This document shows positions 28,981-32,000 of a DNA stretch of 32,000 nucleotides, one piece after another. Made by a program: the position numbers and the translations under genes. The stretch spans positions 30,001 to 62,000 of the forward strand of contig NZ_KK211037.1 in NCBI RefSeq assembly GCF_000619845.1, read 5' to 3'. The number at the start of each line of letters is the position of its first letter. Position 1 is the first letter of the stretch. The notes under the pieces are model-generated. The model had not been told where the DNA came from and searched no databases. It was given only the letters and a program-made list of their open reading frames with translations. The stretch comes from Alkanindiges illinoisensis DSM 15370 (lineage in GTDB: Bacteria > Pseudomonadota > Gammaproteobacteria > Pseudomonadales > Moraxellaceae).

Positions 28981-31791
28981 TTAACCTGTGTTGCGCAGGC
29001 CTGCGGCAATGCCAGCAATGGTGACCATCAAGGCATGGTCATAGGTACTGTCGTCTTGCTCGCGGCGGCGCTGCATCAGTTCGGCCTGCAACAAATGCAG
29101 CGGCAAAATATATGGCGTGCGCACATTGATTGAGCGTTTGAGCATGGATTCATGCTGCAACAGGGCAGGCTGGTTAATGACTTCCAGCAGGGTTTGGGTG
29201 GCGCTGTCCAGCCTGCGCCGCAATTCCTTGCCTAGATCAATCAACTGCGCATCATGGGTTAAGCGCGATTCATAATAGGCCGCAATGGCCGGGTCTGCCT
29301 TGGCCAGCACCATTTCCAGCATGTCCAGCAGGGTCTGAAAATAGGGCCAGTGCTGCATCATGTCGTCAATAGTGGTGCGCTGGCCTTCTGCCAATGCCGT
29401 GCGCAAGGCTCGTCCAGTGCCAAGCCAGGCTGGCAGCATCAGGCGCACCTGGGTCCAGGCAAATACCCATGGAATGGCCCGTAGCGATTCGATGCCACCA
29501 CTGACCTTGCGGCGTGCCGGACGTGAACCCAGCGGCAGCATTTGCAGTTCCAGCTCAGGCGTTACAGTGCGTAGGTATTGAATAAATACCGGATTTTCGC
29601 GCACGGTTTGCCGATAGGTGCCAACTGCCACTTCAGTCATGCTGTCCATCAGGGTGCGCCACTCCGGCTTGGGGGCTGGCGGCGGCAACAGGGTGGCTTC
29701 CAGTGTGGCACTGGCATACAGCTCCAGATTGCGCAGGGCAATACCTTGCATGCCAAACTTGAAGCGGATCATTTCGCCTTGTTCGGTCACGCGGATTTTG
29801 CCTTTCACCGAGCCCGGTGGTTGTGAGAGCAGGGCCTGATAGGTGGGCGCACCCCCACGGCTAATCGACCCGCCACGACCATGAAACAGGGTGAGCTGGA
29901 TACCATGCTGCTCAGCCACCTGCGTGAGTTGTTCCTGCGCACGGTACTGTGCCCAGTTGGCAGCCAGAAACCCGGCATCCTTGGCCGAGTCGGAATAGCC
30001 AATCATGATCTCCTGTTTAGCCTGACCGTTACTGTCAGTAATGGCCTGCTTATACCAGTCAATTTCCAGCAATTGCTGTAAGCTGCTGGCGGCATTGTTC
30101 AGGTCTTTTAAGGTTTCAAACAACGGCACCACGCGCAAGGGCCTTGGCATTTCAGCTTCTTTTTGCAGCAGCATTACTGCCAGTACATCACTGGGATATT
30201 CCGCCATTGAAATTACGTAAGCCCCCAGTGAGTGATGCGGCTGACGGGCCAGCATGTCAAAGGTGGCCAGTACTTCCTGTACGTTATCCGACCAGCCACT
30301 ATGCGATTGATCCACATGCAAACCATGCGGCAACAGCGGGCGCGGATTATTCAGTTCCTGCAACAAAAACTGCTGGCGTTTCGCTTCATCCCAGTCCAGA
30401 TACGAGCCGAGTTTTAAATATTCGGTAATGGCATTGAGCGCTTCACGATGGCGGCCGGATTCCTGCCGCACATCCAGCTTAAGCAATTCAATGCCAAAGC
30501 AGGCCACCCGGCGGATCAAATCCAGCAGCTCGCCATTGGCGACATCCTGCATGTTGCAATCCACCAGCGACTGGTAGCACAGCAGCAGCGGCTGCATCAG
30601 TTCATCGGTATTATGGTAAACCGCGCTGCGATCAATGGCTGAGCTATTGCTGGACGGATCAGAAAAACTACTGTTTGTACCCTGATCTACACGCTGATCT
30701 GCACCGCGAATCTGGGCATGCAGCCAGTTGCGGGTATGTTCCAGCCGGGTGCGAACTGTGCGCAAAATATCACGGTAGGGTTCACGGGAACGTTCACCCA
30801 CCACCTCACGTAAGGCTGCATTGCAGTCTTCCATTGATAAATCCCAGCGCAGGGCATCGACATCGCGCCAGTACAAATCAGCGGCCTGCCAACGTGCCAG
30901 TAGCAGGACTTCCTGCGTCACCTGATGGGTCACATTGGGGTTGCCATCGCGGTCACCACCCATCCATGAAGCAAACCGCACTGGGGCATGAGTGAGCGGC
31001 AAATGCCTGCCCGTGTGTTGCAATACCACTGCATCCAGTTCACGCATAAACTGCGGAATGCTAAACCACAGGGTTTGTTCAATCGCAGTAAAGCCCCATT
31101 TGGCTTCATCCACGGGGGTGGGTTTGTGACTGCGGATTTCATCAGTGTGCCACGCTGCAATAATCTGGCGCTTAAGCCGATCTAGCACCGCCTGTTTTTC
31201 CTGCACGGTTAACTGTTGCTGATCCAGAATTTGCAGGCATTCGGCAATCTCATCATATTTTTGAATCAGGGTACGGCGGCTGATTTCAGTGGGATGCGCG
31301 GTCAGCACCAGTTCAATATCCAGTTCCAGCACGGTTTGCCATAGCTGGTCGGGCGTACAATTGGCCGCCAGCAAACGTGGAATCAGCTCTTGTAGTGACC
31401 CGGCCTGCGGTGGTGTGCCTTCACGGCTTTGCCAGTCACGGCGGCGGCGCACCCGGTGATACTGCTCGGCAATGTTGGCAAAGTTTAAAAACTGGGTAAA
31501 TGCCCGCGCCACTGGCAACAGTTCCTGTTCAGTTAAATTGGACAGCACGGCATCAAGCTGGTTTTTGGCTTGTTCATCACCATCGCGGGTTTGCTTGGCC
31601 AGATGCCGGATTTGTTCGACTTTTTCAAATAATGCCTGCCCAACCTGCTGCTTGAGGGTATCACCCAGCAAATTACCCAGCAGGCGCACATCATCACGCA
31701 GGGGCGCGTGCGGATCGGTTTGCTCACCAGATTGTGGGTTGGCGCTGATTTGACTAGCGTGGAAATCAGCAGGGTCATTGGCGTTAAACAT
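28981..31791 (-). CDS. ppc: Phosphoenolpyruvate carboxylase.
   Basis: Hallmark motifs VLTAHPTE, MIGYSDSAKDAG, FHGRGGSISRGG and the C-terminal AGLRNTG. I prefer the ATG at 31791 (GGAG 5 nt upstream) over the ORF-track start at 31833. Confidence 0.97.
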   Translation of the reverse strand: MFNANDPADFHASQISANPQSGEQTDPHAPLRDDVRLLGNLLGDTLKQQVGQALFEKVEQIRHLAKQTRDGDEQAKNQLDAVLSNLTEQELLPVARAFTQFLNFANIAEQYHRVRRRRDWQSREGTPPQAGSLQELIPRLLAANCTPDQLWQTVLELDIELVLTAHPTEISRRTLIQKYDEIAECLQILDQQQLTVQEKQAVLDRLKRQIIAAWHTDEIRSHKPTPVDEAKWGFTAIEQTLWFSIPQFMRELDAVVLQHTGRHLPLTHAPVRFASWMGGDRDGNPNVTHQVTQEVLLLARWQAADLYWRDVDALRWDLSMEDCNAALREVVGERSREPYRDILRTVRTRLEHTRNWLHAQIRGADQRVDQGTNSSFSDPSSNSSAIDRSAVYHNTDELMQPLLLCYQSLVDCNMQDVANGELLDLIRRVACFGIELLKLDVRQESGRHREALNAITEYLKLGSYLDWDEAKRQQFLLQELNNPRPLLPHGLHVDQSHSGWSDNVQEVLATFDMLARQPHHSLGAYVISMAEYPSDVLAVMLLQKEAEMPRPLRVVPLFETLKDLNNAASSLQQLLEIDWYKQAITDSNGQAKQEIMIGYSDSAKDAGFLAANWAQYRAQEQLTQVAEQHGIQLTLFHGRGGSISRGGAPTYQALLSQPPGSVKGKIRVTEQGEMIRFKFGMQGIALRNLELYASATLEATLLPPPAPKPEWRTLMDSMTEVAVGTYRQTVRENPVFIQYLRTVTPELELQMLPLGSRPARRKVSGGIESLRAIPWVFAWTQVRLMLPAWLGTGRALRTALAEGQRTTIDDMMQHWPYFQTLLDMLEMVLAKADPAIAAYYESRLTHDAQLIDLGKELRRRLDSATQTLLEVINQPALLQHESMLKRSINVRTPYILPLHLLQAELMQRRREQDDSTYDHALMVTIAGIAAGLRNTG

Positions 31792-32000
31792 AAGCACTCC
31801 GGCAATCAGAACTTTCAAACCACTTTGACGCATCTGGTTTGAATATATGCCAGTTTTAGGCCAGCTTAAGTTTTTAATTGCAAATTATTTTTACCAGCAC
31901 GGCCACCTGTCACTATCCGGCATGATCAGTAGCCAGTTTTCCAACAGGCTTGTTTTTTAAAGCCCATAAGCCAAATTTAATTTTTAGAGTAATTACTCTA

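Noticed and set aside
29360-31753. Plus-strand ORFs of 61-106 aa within the ppc region, and the ppc start at 31833.
   Set aside because: They are antisense to a confidently identified ppc. The extra 14 N-terminal residues from 31833 lack an RBS, whereas the ATG at 31791 has GGAG 5 nt upstream.
1-32000. Search for tRNA, rRNA, CRISPR repeats, IS elements, integrases or att-like direct repeats.
   Set aside because: No intergenic region shows tRNA-like T-arm or acceptor features or regularly spaced direct repeats. No ORF has transposase or integrase motifs.

Overview
The window looks like a Gram-negative (proteobacterial) chromosome and falls into two parts. (1) nt 1-20.2 kb is a co-directional six-gene cluster encoding only secreted or outer-membrane proteins. 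It contains two diverged ~900-aa multi-domain Ig-like/DUF11-type proteins (4-2700 and 10180-12882), a ~2200-aa adhesin-like giant (2735-9325) and a 164-aa single-domain secreted protein (9651-10145). It also contains a 2008-aa protein whose N-terminal DUF11/CnaB/Big-like domains are fused to a ~830-aa C-terminal beta-barrel-like region (12987-19013), and a translationally coupled OmpA-C-like protein (19000-20148). The main observation concerns the protein termini. Four proteins end in a DUF11-like domain that stops just before its last strand. Three proteins begin, right after the signal peptide, with exactly that missing strand motif. This suggests a donor-strand-complementation (possibly covalent) surface fibre with tip, shaft, anchor and peptidoglycan tether, and no recognisable chaperone, usher, sortase or T1SS/T2SS gene in the window. 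(2) nt 20.2-32 kb holds ordinary genes: a small Q/A-rich secreted protein, a LysR regulator divergent from a short-form IlvD/Edd-family dehydratase, and an Fe-S flavoprotein-like reductase. These are followed by a tandem DsbA/HCCA-isomerase-like protein, a MarR plus alpha/beta-hydrolase pair, an AT-richer islet with a lipoprotein and a DUF4259 protein, and phosphoenolpyruvate carboxylase (ppc). I recognised no rRNA, tRNA, CRISPR array, transposase, integrase or phage gene. All homology statements come from by-eye motif recognition, not from database searches.
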